Shown here in pieces: positions 50,791-64,000 of a stretch of 64,000 bases of DNA. Positions within the stretch are counted from its first letter, which is position 1. The number at the start of each line of letters is the position of its first letter. Made by a program: the position numbers and the translations under genes. The notes below the pieces were generated by a model that saw nothing but the letters and a program-made list of their open reading frames with translations, had not been told where the DNA came from and ran no database searches. The DNA comes from Calcarisporiella thermophila CBS 279.70 (lineage: Eukaryota > Fungi > Calcarisporiellomycota). Location: positions 383,829 through 447,828 of the forward strand of contig NW_027192197.1 in assembly GCF_041956535.1 (NCBI RefSeq). Reading direction: 5' to 3'.

Positions 50791-51246
50791 GGGCCAATTA
50801 TTTCCTTGTACATACCGAAAAAAAAAAAATAAAACAAGATTGATTGGCATTTCGCTACTTCTACAGTATCCCTTCCATATGTGTAGGATACATGGAGCAT
50901 TGGGATAAAGCAATAATGAGGTTGCAACTTTCGGGAATCTAAGAGGACATGGTGATATGCGCTCTTCAGTGCGTACCTATTTAAGGGAATCGACCTAGCG
51001 GGTTCCAAACTTCCTCTCAATTTTAATTTTCCTTTTTCAGTTGATTCTTATTTTCCTATTATGGGCTTCTTCGTTCATGACCACACAACTGAGCGGACCT
51101 TAAAATCATCAGGCCTATTCATCGACAACAGCTTCAGCTCTGTTCCCCATCGAAACAATAAAAGTTTTTTTTTTTCGTCTCCTCCCCACTTCCCCCCCTC
51201 CTCCACCTCACCCATAAGAAAATACGCAAGTAGAGGTGATAGGGCG

Positions 51247-52143
51247 ATGACGGACGTTCAATCCATCCACGCGATCCGCGACGTGTTTGCTGCCCTTCTT
51301 CGCCGAGCGGCCGAGCAGGTTCAAGACTTCGAGCTTACTCTGCTCAACCGCATCATCCTCACGAACTTTGCAGTGCTGTCACTGCTTGTCCTCTACTTGT
51401 ACGTCAATCTTCGCAACCAACGGAATCCGTATGTGATTTGGGAGAGGCTGAATCTACCCGTCATCGTAAGGCTGAGGCCCTGGATATTCTCCATCGTCAC
51501 GGGCGTCGGGAACCCGCATAGCCGCTCCATTAGTACGTCTGAGGGGATCTGTATGTGAATTGATCCGACCGTTGACTCAACTCATCCTCATTCTAGGTTT
51601 CCGCGTTACAACGATTATGAAGGGGAGCTGCAGTGGCATTCTTCAAGTAGGCTTCTAGGTTTAACGCTCATCTCGATTCTCCACTAACCATTCCCGTTCA
51701 GGATGAACGAAGGATTCGCGATATTTTCGGCAACGTTCACATCGGGGCATTGATAACATTTGCCCAGTTGCTCTCAGAAATGGCGGCCATCTCCAAACTC
51801 GGCAACAAGGGGCGTGCAAATCTAGTTAGCCTTTCGGTCGAGGTGAGTTTCCTGTTCTGCATGACATTTCCTCTAGTGGATATTCAAAATCGCGGTGCTT
51901 TTGTCTCTCTAGTACTTGAAGAAGTCTCGTGGCCTCATCACCGGCACGGCCCACTTCCAGCTTGAGGACGGGCCGGAGAAACAGGAGATAGTGAGCGAGG
52001 TGGTGCTGAAAGACATGGTGTTGGACACCGTGGCCATTGTGAAATTGACTTGGGAAGGTATGAAGAGTGGATTCGCTCGTGTCCATCTTGATCTAACAAA
52101 GTGTCGTTTTTCTCTGTCTATTTCTCTAGTCGAAGCAAAGTGA
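51247..52143 (+). CDS. Membrane-anchored hotdog-fold (DUF4442/PaaI thioesterase-like) protein, multi-exon
   Basis: N-terminal TM (IILTNFAVLSLLVLYLYV); GNVHIGALITFA, LSVE|YLKKSRGLITG and VVLKD..TVA..LTW fit a PaaI/DUF4442-type pattern. Confidence 0.65.
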
Positions 52144-52466
52144 GAAGCCGATTTTTATTTATAGTCTTGCTTCAGATTAACTTGTTGATATCTCATTAAA
52201 TTTTTTTGCCCCCCTTTTGGCTGTTGTGTGTATATTATATATACAACTATGATTGACTTTTACAGATTATTTTTATTTTTTTCCTTCTGTTCCTATCCTT
52301 ATATCTGAGACTATTCGAACAACCCTATTCCTACTCAATCTTGTATGAGGAATGCGTCCCTCCCTTACGCCTCGTTCTCTCCTTTTCTAATTTCTAATAA
52401 TCCCCCCATTGGCCTAAAAATAAAATCTTTGCTTATCATCACTTCTCTTATCTAGCTCCGAGGCCC

Positions 52467-52526
52467 TACTGGGCGTGCTCGAAAGGCCTAATGGCGTTCC
52501 ATTAGGCCTCTCAGGCACGCCCAGTA
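52467..52526. mobile_element. TA-flanked GC-rich hairpin, candidate MITE
   Basis: TA-CTGGGCGTGCTCGAAAGGCCTAATGG-CGTT-CCATTAGGCCTCTCAGGCACGCCCAG-TA; 28-bp arms (including the TA) with 3 mismatches. Confidence 0.5.
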
Positions 52527-52668
52527 AAACAAACATGCAACTAGATTTTTTGGTATAGAAGTGTGGTGGATTTATGTGACTGCGACTCCATTTTCACTCT
52601 TTCGTAAACATCTCCATACTATAAGGGCCCTATCACGCGTAGGCTCTTAAACTTTTTAGAAAATAAAA

Positions 52669-54060
52669 ATGGCAAGCAGATACGAAGAGAACATTGTCAA
52701 GCATAAGAACTCGCTCATTAAAGCGTTGGAAAGCAAAGAGGATTCGGTAATTTGCTCACCCTTGATGTTCTGCCTGCATCCATCCTCGTTTCTCAGCGAT
52801 TCCTCCCTAATCCTATAATTTGCTTTTCATTACCCCCCTTCTATTACAGAAATGTTTGGATCTGTTGGCTAGATTACAGGACATTAAGGCAACTGAAGAT
52901 TTATTACGGGTAATCTTTAACACCTCTTCGCAGTTTCTTGGTTCTCCTCCTCTCCACTCCCTCCTCCCTCTGCTTACTGATTTCTGTTCCGATAGAAAAC
53001 GGACATTGGGAAATTTTTGGGTAAACTTCGTAGCCACTCGAATGCAGACATTGCGGCCAAGGCCAAGGATGTGGTGCGGAAATGGAAAGAGGATATAAAG
53101 AAAAATGACAAATCGGACGAGCAACTGAAGGAGGGAAAGAAGGAGGAGGTTAATGGTGAGAAAAAAAATCGACCATCCAATGAATCGGAGGCGACAGGTG
53201 AGCCCTCTAAGTCCCTCTCACCCCCCACCCCCACCAACACTAATCAATCATATGAATGCTGATGGAACTCTCTTGGTAATTGAAAAGGGAAACCCAAGCT
53301 AAACACAGAGCCTCTTGTGAGAAGGGACAGCACTCCTTCCACTCCAAACTCGGTGAGCACTCCAGGCACACCTTCAGAGGTGCGCACAATGGCGTCCGAT
53401 GGGATTATTTCAAACTCTACCGACGACACTAGCCGAAACAAGTCGATTGAGATGTTGTATAACGCGATGGCATGGGACAGCAACGGAGGTAATTGGGGAC
53501 AATGCTCATTACAAGGGATTGCTCGAGATCAAGGAGGAGGGAGATTAATATTCTGTTTGCTACGACAGACTCGGATCTCATCTACTTAAGAGCTAAAACG
53601 ATCGAGAAGTTTACGTTTGGCGAGTTCAAGAGTGTGGATGCCAAGTACAAGGCGAAGATTCGCTCGCTCTTCCTGAACCTTAAGGCGAAGAACAACCCGG
53701 GGCTGCGAGAGGGCGTGGTGAGTGGAGAGATCTCCGTCGAGCGGTTCTGCTCCATGAGCGTCCAGGAAATGGCGTCGGAGGAGCAGAAACAGAAGGACCG
53801 GAAGATTCACTTGGACAATCTGTTCAAAGCGCGCGGGGCGGGACCAACGCAGGCAGAAACAGATATGTTCAAATGCGGACGGTGTAAACAACGCAAGTGC
53901 ACCTACTATCAAATGCAGACACGATCGGGTAAGCTTCGATGGAAAGGGTGGAACCCTTGACATGATTGACTTAAAATGTTTTATTTTTCTCTTAGCTGAT
54001 GAACCGATGACTACCTTTGTGACCTGCGTGAATTGTGGAAATAGGTGGAAATTCTGCTAG
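52669..54060 (+). CDS. DST1: Transcription elongation factor TFIIS
   Basis: TEDLLR|[50 protein letters not shown]|[21 protein letters not shown]. Confidence 0.97.
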
Positions 54061-54621
54061 ATATATACTATCTTTTTTTGGATTTATAATGTAATGTATA
54101 ACCAACGAACTTTTGCCTCCTTCCCCTCCCCTTTTCTTTTTTCACCTATCTTCCTCTTTACGGTCTAATACGTTTTCTCTCTGTGCTCTTCTCTGCGTTT
54201 TCCGTCTTAATTGCTTTCATCTTAATATTCGTCTTTTTTGTGGTAAAATAAAAAAAGATGCGTCTGAGTTGAATGAGCCTATCTAGAGTTCTATTAACGG
54301 AATAATGTAAGAGGCAGGCGTCTTGGGATGATACAACAGTAGATAACTATAAGATATTAAAGATGCGGTTATATAAATAGGGTGATCTGAAGAAATAAAT
54401 AAAGAAACAATCGAGGCTTGATTGAGACCATTGCAACTAGAGTACATGCAAAACATTAAATGGAAGAGGTGTAAAGAAAAAAAAAACAATGGTAGGGTGT
54501 AGTAGCAACAACGAAATAGGCGAAGGGAATCGGGCCGAACACATGTTCGACGAGAGAATATTATCAAGACGGGTAGGGGGGGGTAAAGGGGGGAGGTTGA
54601 AAGGGGTAAAATAAATTAAAT

Positions 54622-57002
54622 CTAGTAGTTGAGTTCAATGTTGCTCCTTCGCTTCCACTGCTTCTTCGATGAGAAGGTCATGGAAGAGGAGGCGGAGGGC
54701 GGGAGGGAGTGGAGGTGTGCATTCGGAAGGGGCGGGATATATTGCGGGGTGAGCTGGGGGGAGTTGGAGACGGACGAGCGTCTGGACGGGATCTCCGTCT
54801 CAGCTTCTTCGTTGGGGACGTCAGCCCAACTGGTGTGGTCGTCCCAGTCGCCAGCTTCGGATTGACGCCCCTCTTCGATTCGCACCACTTCATCCTCAGG
54901 GTATTCCTCGTATTCGTCATCGGCCCCGCGCCCGTAGGCTAGCCACAGCCAAAAGCGCCGCAACCTCCCCAGGCTCTTCGATTCCATGGCATCTCCGGCC
55001 TCGGAGGGCGGAGGAGTGATGGGAGGGGCATTTTGGCCCGCCATGCGCTTTAGTTTGCGGGCGATCCGCCGGGCTCTGCGCTGTGCCGCGGTGCCGAAAG
55101 GGCTGAGGAGGAGGGAAGAGACGTACACGCCGACCGCCACCCCGAGACACACCTGGATCATCTGGACCGCAAAGAGGAAGCCGTCCCCGGGGCTGGCGGA
55201 CACCCCGTACTTCTGGAAATCCTGCGAGGAGAACACGATTCCCAGAGTCCCTTGCACGCCCAGGGCCCCCGGGACCAGAAAGAGAATGCCCGTCAACATC
55301 ACCACCATGGCCTTGTCGTCATGCCTTAAGAATCGCGCGTAGACATTGCCCAGCAGCCCAACCACCAAGCCGCCGAACGCGGGCGAGACGGGCTTTCCCA
55401 GGTGCGGAGCGGTGTACACCACCGAGAGATAGCTGATGATGGAGATGATGGTCATTGCCGGGAACTGCCGGGGAGTCCCGCGCAGCCAGGTGCTGAGGGC
55501 AAGCGAGAAGAAGGGGACGAAGAAGAGATTCCACGGGAGGGGGATGGGGTCGACGTTCGGGCAGGCGTCCGAGTTCTCGGGGTGCAGGAGCTGCACGTAG
55601 AGCAACGAGCCCATGGCCAGAGCAAGGCCCAGCAATAGGGTGTAGAACATGCTGTAGATGAGGCGAGCGCTGCCCGACACGATGTATCGCGAGGTGAGCT
55701 CGAGCACGGCGGTCAGCACGGAGTACCCGGGCAGCAGGATGACCAGGGCCGACAGGGCGACGGCGTTGAAGCAGGAGTTGAAGGAGCTCACCGCGGCCTG
55801 CGAGACGAATCCGATGATGAGGGCGCAGAGGATGTCGGCGATTTTCTTGAAGTTGGCGTGGTGGTCGGCGGTTAGCTGGAAGACCCCGACCATCAAGCCC
55901 AGGGCAGCGTTGATCCCGACCTCTATCCACCCGGCCTTGAACCACAGCGGGCCCACGGTTGCGGAGGCGAGCATGTAGGAGAAGAGCACGACAAAGGGCG
56001 GGTATATGGGGGGCGAGTGAATGATGTGCTGAATGCGGGCGTTCGCCTCGCGCAGGCTCAGATCTCTCTCCAGGACGTCCCTCACGACATCGTGCACGGC
56101 CGACAGCTGATCAACAAATGCAGACACAAGAGAGGTTAGTCCCATGCGGGGGGGGGGGGGGCGAAGCAGGAGAGCCGGCTCGGCATTACCTTGCCCATGT
56201 CCAGGTCCTGGGTTTCTCGCACCAGATGGGTGTCCGAGGTGTGGGTATCGGGGTCCTGAAACGACACGATCATTAAATTGGGCAGGAAGAAGAAGTAGGC
56301 GGGAATGTCCAGCGCGGTCGCCAGCTGCTGCATGCTCTCTTCCAGGCGATGCGACGGGGCGCCGTAAGCGAGGAGGGCGCGGCACACCCGCATTAGAAAG
56401 GACTGTTTTTCCAAAATGTTCGCTATGGTGGTGGTGATGGCGAAGCGGTCCAGCGTCGACAGGGTCGGCAGGTTGAGCGCACTGTCGGCGGAGACGTGGG
56501 GAATAAGGCGCTTGGAGAACGCCTTGGGGCGGCGGGGGTGTAGCACGGGGGAATGCGGGGCGGACGAGGGGAAGGGGACGGGCGGGGGCCGTTTACTACG
56601 CTCGTCGCCGCCCATGCTGGTCCGCGACAGGACCTCCGAGAGCTGAGAGTACAACGTGCGCTTTCTCTCGGTCGCGCGCGACTTGTTTCGCCGCTTCATG
56701 CCCTCGAGCTTCAGCAGGTTGGAGAGCACACCCCCATGCTTGCTTGGCTTGCGCCGAAGGTCCGGCTGCGTGAAAGTGTCGACGATGTTGAAGGCGCGGC
56801 CGGTGAACTTGGGGGAGACATTCAGATCGGGCAGGTCACAGCTGCTGCGCGGGGAGCTAGTAGGAGAGGCGGGCGTCGACCATGCGCGGGCATGCGATTC
56901 GGGCTCCGTGACCTGAATGGTCACTTGATGCGACACGGGGTGGGGCGCCGAGCCGCTCGAGCTGCTGGAGTTGGATTCTTTGGGTTCCGGGTGCCCCTCC
57001 AT
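54622..57002 (-). CDS. PRM10: Pheromone-regulated membrane protein 10 / ThrE (DUF1212) family, 2 exons
   Basis: FLMRVCRALLAYGAPSHRLE, FFFLPNLMIVSF; intron 56107-56189 restores the frame into LSAVHDV..; LVILLPGY, ELTSRYIVSGSAR, GILFLVPG. Confidence 0.9.
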
Positions 57003-57649
57003 CGAGATGCTGCACAGGAGACGGCGAGTGGGGAATGGCGACAGGGAAAGGAACTAAGGACAATACGGGACTAGCAGGGAGGGGCTATGGGAAGCCGAAG
57101 AAGCAGGCGGAAGCACGGGGAAGAGGACGGAAGCTAGTGACAAAAAGAGTTTAAATAAGACAGAGCATGGAAAGCTTATGGAAGAGCAGCGGCCGAGTGT
57201 AAATAACAGTGTGTCAAGGCCTCATAAGCCGGGGCGAGAACCAATGCTTGGGCTCGGGCCCATTAGCAGATTTGCCCCCGAATGGAACGCCGCTCGGGGC
57301 CGCGACTCACACTGGAGACCGTGAGACTTTTGTCCCATCCTCCTCCCAGCTCTTGTGTAGCGCGACGAGATAAAAATATGCATGAGCATGGATGAGCCCC
57401 TAATGCAGGGTTCTCCTATTGGAAGCCGCGCCTGTTTGTTCATCCGCCCACGTTTTCCAACCTTCCCTGCCGGCCGGGGCCTGCCAATCACGGCCAGCTG
57501 TGCTTAGGCAATCCGACAATCGGCCGTCAATCCAGGCGCGGTGGTTTGGCCGTCGCCGCTATTCCCCCGCGCCCTCCTAACCTAGATCAAGCAAGATGCC
57601 AAGGAAAACTCTATTTGTTCGACTTACACTACATAGGAGTACTTTATTA

Positions 57650-60373
<2,724 letters not shown>

Positions 60374-61040
60374 GGCGTCTTATAATTGGGGGAGAAGGAG
60401 ATTATGAGGAGTAGAAATGAAGTGATGATGCAAAAGAAATAAAGAAAGAACAACGAAAGAAAATTGCAAAGATGCGATTGTTATAAGAAAAAGCTTGGAT
60501 GTGCAGGGGCAGTGAGATGAAGACAAAAAGGAGAGAGGAACTAACACTTCGCGAAAAGCGTATTTTATATAGTTGCACGACGGAAATGTTAGGAGCGGAA
60601 ATTCAGATCAAATGCGATTCTGATCGAAAAGAAAAAAAGAAAAAAAAAAAGCTTGCTGCTAAAAATACTTTCCTGTGCGATGTAGGTGTGTATATTGGAT
60701 CACCCCCTAAATTCCTATCGATGATGACTTGGATTTGTGATGACCTTGGCTACTGCGACGGCAAGAATGCTCGAAAGCCATGTAATTCATTTAAAATCGC
60801 CGAGTTAAAAATAGATGGACGAGGGAAAATAGCAACCACAAGGGGGGCTTCATGAAAAGATCGAAGCCTCAGAGTGAGCTGGGTAGGGCAGCGAGAAGCA
60901 TTGTTCGAATCTCGCCATGGGGGCTCCAAAAATTCAAATCCAGTGATCCGTGGCGCGGCGATGACGTTGCATGTTTACAAAAAAGCGATATCTTTACACG
61001 TTATCTCTCCCTATTCATCACTCGTTGAATATCCATCAAG

Positions 61041-61465
61041 ATGAGTTTCCTTGGAGGTGGTGGCGGCCAGTTCAATCAGGCCGAGCAAATGCGTCTTCAG
61101 CAGCTCATTGAGCAGAAGCAGGTGAACATCCTCTCCCTCTCCCCTAACACACTCCCCCACGTGGATTATTAAATGTAATGGGAAATCAATAGATGCGCGA
61201 TTTCATGCGGCTCTACACTGGGCTCGTTGAGAGATGCTTCAACGACTGTGTGTCAGACTTCAACTCTACCGCTTTGTCGGCCAAAGAGGTATGGATTTCT
61301 TGACTCTGTACCCAAGATCATTCTTTAATCCAAATCAAATTCTCCTTCATGTAGGAAACTTGCATTTCCCTTTGCTCGGATAAATTCCTGAAGCACTCCG
61401 AGCGAGTCGGGCAGCGCTTTGCAGAGCAAAATGAGCAATTGACACAGCAAATGAACCAAAAGTAA
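61041..61465 (+). CDS. TIM9: Mitochondrial small Tim chaperone Tim9, 3 exons (not in ORF track)
   Basis: EQKQ|[22 protein letters not shown]|[22 protein letters not shown], twin CX3C motif. Confidence 0.95.
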
Positions 61466-62773
61466 TGGCGATAACTTCAGGCGGCGATGGAATTTCTGTG
61501 TATATTCTGTTCATGGATATTTCTTTTGCATCTCTGTACTTTGGAGGGTGCTTTCAAGATGGAATGCTTTTTTTCTTTGTTTTCTTGTGTAAAATATAAA
61601 ACCTCATTTTAGAACACACCTCTATGCCCCATGCTCCGAGATGGAAGTCCAAATATCTATAAAAAGGAGACCGGCTTTTTGTTGATTGTTTATCTACCCG
61701 GGTCCCTATTAAAATTATTCTTCGGCAATGGGCTCTTCTCAGAAAAGGGTGGCCGAAGGAAATCCTGGAGAAAGCCTGTCCCATGGTGAATCACCGCATG
61801 GATCCAATTTGAACTTGTACGGATCCCTATTTTTGGCTCACCCAGCTGTCCTTTTTTTGGTCTCGGATCTCGTTTTTCTTAGACTTGATGGATCATCTGA
61901 TGTAGAGTAGAGGGGAGGAGGGGAGTGTAGCATGAAGTGATCGAAGTTAAAAGCAATTTAAAAGAGAGAAAAGCGGTGCTCCAGGCCGGAAACCCCTCTT
62001 CCCCCCCCCCCCCCGGGAATAGGATAAGGATCATTATTTTGGCGCACAGACGCTTGCTGAGCAGCTGGCCGCCAGAAAAAAAGGAAAACAAAAAAGATCC
62101 AGTCCAATATTTCGTTCCCACTTAGAGTTTGAAGGGGAGCTGCCCGAGAAGGTGGGCAACCGGAACCGTCGAGGTTCTTTGGGCAAACTCGTTAGCCCGT
62201 GTGGTAGAGGCGAGTGGTGTGCCCCATGTCCGCCTGCCCCCATGCTTGGTAGCAGAGATACAAGGCATAAGCAATCCTTGTACTCCTCGACACCATTCAC
62301 ATTGGTTGCGGCCAGAATCAATGGCGAAAGCAGACGGTGGTTCAAGGAGAAGAAGAGCGGCGGGAGGAAATCCAGACGCTGCCCTTACCCGGATTCCAAC
62401 AATTTTCCCCCCTCAATCCGTGCGGAATCCACACTGCGCGATTGGTATCCCACGATTTTCGCAATTCTCTAATCCCCTAAATTTTTTTAGTCCCGGCGCA
62501 AGCTCCTGAAGCCATTGCAATTTTGGAGAGTGGGTGACCCAACACCATTGGATCCCGTCTTCCTTTTATATATTTTTCAACCGTTTCTCGAAAATTATAT
62601 CTTTCTCTTCCTTTCCTTTCCCCCCACCTCCCTTTCTTTTTCGTTTTTTCCCCCTTCTCTCTTTATATCTGAGTGGTGTGTAAGAGCCTTCGTCTTCACT
62701 CACTTGTTTATCCCTTAATATTTACTCGTAATATCCAACATAGAGCTGGCTCTCTACTTTAAAAGAACACGCT

Positions 62774-64000
62774 ATGAAACGTCGATATAGCCAAGAGAAA
62801 GAAGGTATAAGAGGCGAGGGTCAACTAAGGTAAGCCTCTTCCACTAGGCATCCAGCTATGATGGCGACCCACCTAAGCCTTGTATTTCCATGGCAGATAC
62901 AAACTTATTGTGCGCCAGCAACCTGTACAGGCCCGACTTTGCAGCTATAAAGAAAAGGGTGAGTAGGGCATCGTGCTTGGCTTCTTACCGTACTTGAACT
63001 TAACCCCCTTACTGTTTCCCTCTTACCATCAAGTCGACCGAAGGCCGATCGACCCTCCTCCCATTGTTCAGCTCAAAGTGGAAGGCACCGAGAATGAGTA
63101 AGTCTCAGCCCATAGGCGCACCCCAGCGCCCCTTCTTCCACAGAAGCTCTAATAACGGCATTCAATTACTCAGAGATAGCGAACTCCAGAACCCTTTTCT
63201 GTTCCTGTATGTGAGTGTAGCTCGCGAGTCCTACGAGGAACTCAGCTTCATCAATGGAAATCGCACTACGGCTGGCACCGTGGTGCAGTCCCTGTACAAG
63301 CTGAAAGATCTCGACAATAACGGTGAGTTTCTTGGCTAGTGGGAGGGAAAGGCGTCGAGACTGATGATCTTGGCTATGTTAGATGGGGGGTTCTTTATCT
63401 TCCCCGACATCTCTGTCCGGGTGGAGGGGCGCTTTCGGCTAAAGTTCTCTCTGTATGAAATCACAGGGTAGGTATCGACTTATATCCCTCCTATGCTCAA
63501 ATCAAGTTGCTGACTCTTGGTTTGATGGGTTCGATGCTCCGTAGCCACGAGGTGGTTCATCGTGGAAACACTTTCTCGGATGTCTTCACCGTGTATTCGC
63601 CCAAACTCTTCCCTGGAATGGAGGAGTCCACTCGCTTGACAAGGTTGTTTTCGGATCAAGGTTTTCGTATGAGGATTCGAAAGGAAAACCGAACCCTTTC
63701 AAGGTGAGGATATCAGTTGGCCTCTCTCAACTCCGAATCTGCACTAGACCCATGAAACCCTTTTCGTTATAGAAGGAAGAAGGCTGAGGAGGAGTCGAGC
63801 GACCAAGGCAGCCCCATGATAAGACCTTTGTCTCCTCCCAGCTACTCGCGGAGCGAGTACTCACCCTCTCGCTTCTACACTCCCGAACAATCCCCGCAGC
63901 CTATGGCGACCCCCCACGCAAGCGTTAGGGCCCGTACCCGCAGCTGCAGCGATAGCGTGGTCACGTGTGTACAGCCGACTTCTTTCTATTCTTCCGGCAC
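62774..64000 (+). CDS. Velvet-domain transcriptional regulator (VosA/VelC-like), 3' end outside window
   Basis: [95 protein letters not shown]. Probable 5'UTR intron 62680-62743. Confidence 0.93.

Noticed and set aside
56107-56385. N-terminus of the 587-aa ORF and apparent frameshift in PRM10
   Set aside because: Resolved by a GT-AG intron at 56107-56189; not a pseudogene or programmed frameshift.
61554-62718. Several short overlapping ORFs upstream of the velvet gene
   Set aside because: No recognisable motifs or consistent splice structure; more likely an extended regulatory region.

Overview
Intron-rich eukaryotic DNA from a fungus. Gene content (velvet, septin Cdc12, Rax1, Prm10, Rit1, retained Dnmt2) and many short GT-AG introns point to an early-diverging lineage such as Mucoromycota or Zoopagomycota (inference). 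About 29 protein-coding genes can be assembled. Housekeeping and other genes: VPH1 (partial), NTM1/TAE1, a divergent nitrilase, RAX1-like, CBR1, a single-pass membrane protein, PDR16-like CRAL-TRIO, a hidden 4-exon RAMP4/YSY6 gene absent from the ORF track, DNMT2, an MFS exporter, a long Pex8-like gene, HIS5, CDC12, a Yvc1/TRP-like channel, RIT1, ArfGAP-UBA, PEX14, KTI12, ORC3, a hotdog-fold protein, TFIIS, PRM10, GFA1, TIM9 and a velvet regulator (partial). The most striking element is a cluster of four co-oriented, intronless paralogues at 15.5-21.4 kb. Each encodes a small secreted precursor with the same architecture: signal peptide, (E/Q)KR Kex2-type site, hydrophobic T(I/L)xL(I/L)xx(L/F)L segment, polyproline, Tyr/Gly/Pro repeats and a Thr/Val strand. 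They also share TATA positioning, and two carry phased ACCCT(A/T) motifs. Other features are several near-perfect palindromes, a TA-flanked MITE-like hairpin, a telomere-like minisatellite and a marked AT-to-GC compositional shift in the last ~14 kb. All gene models were assembled by eye and no database searches were run.
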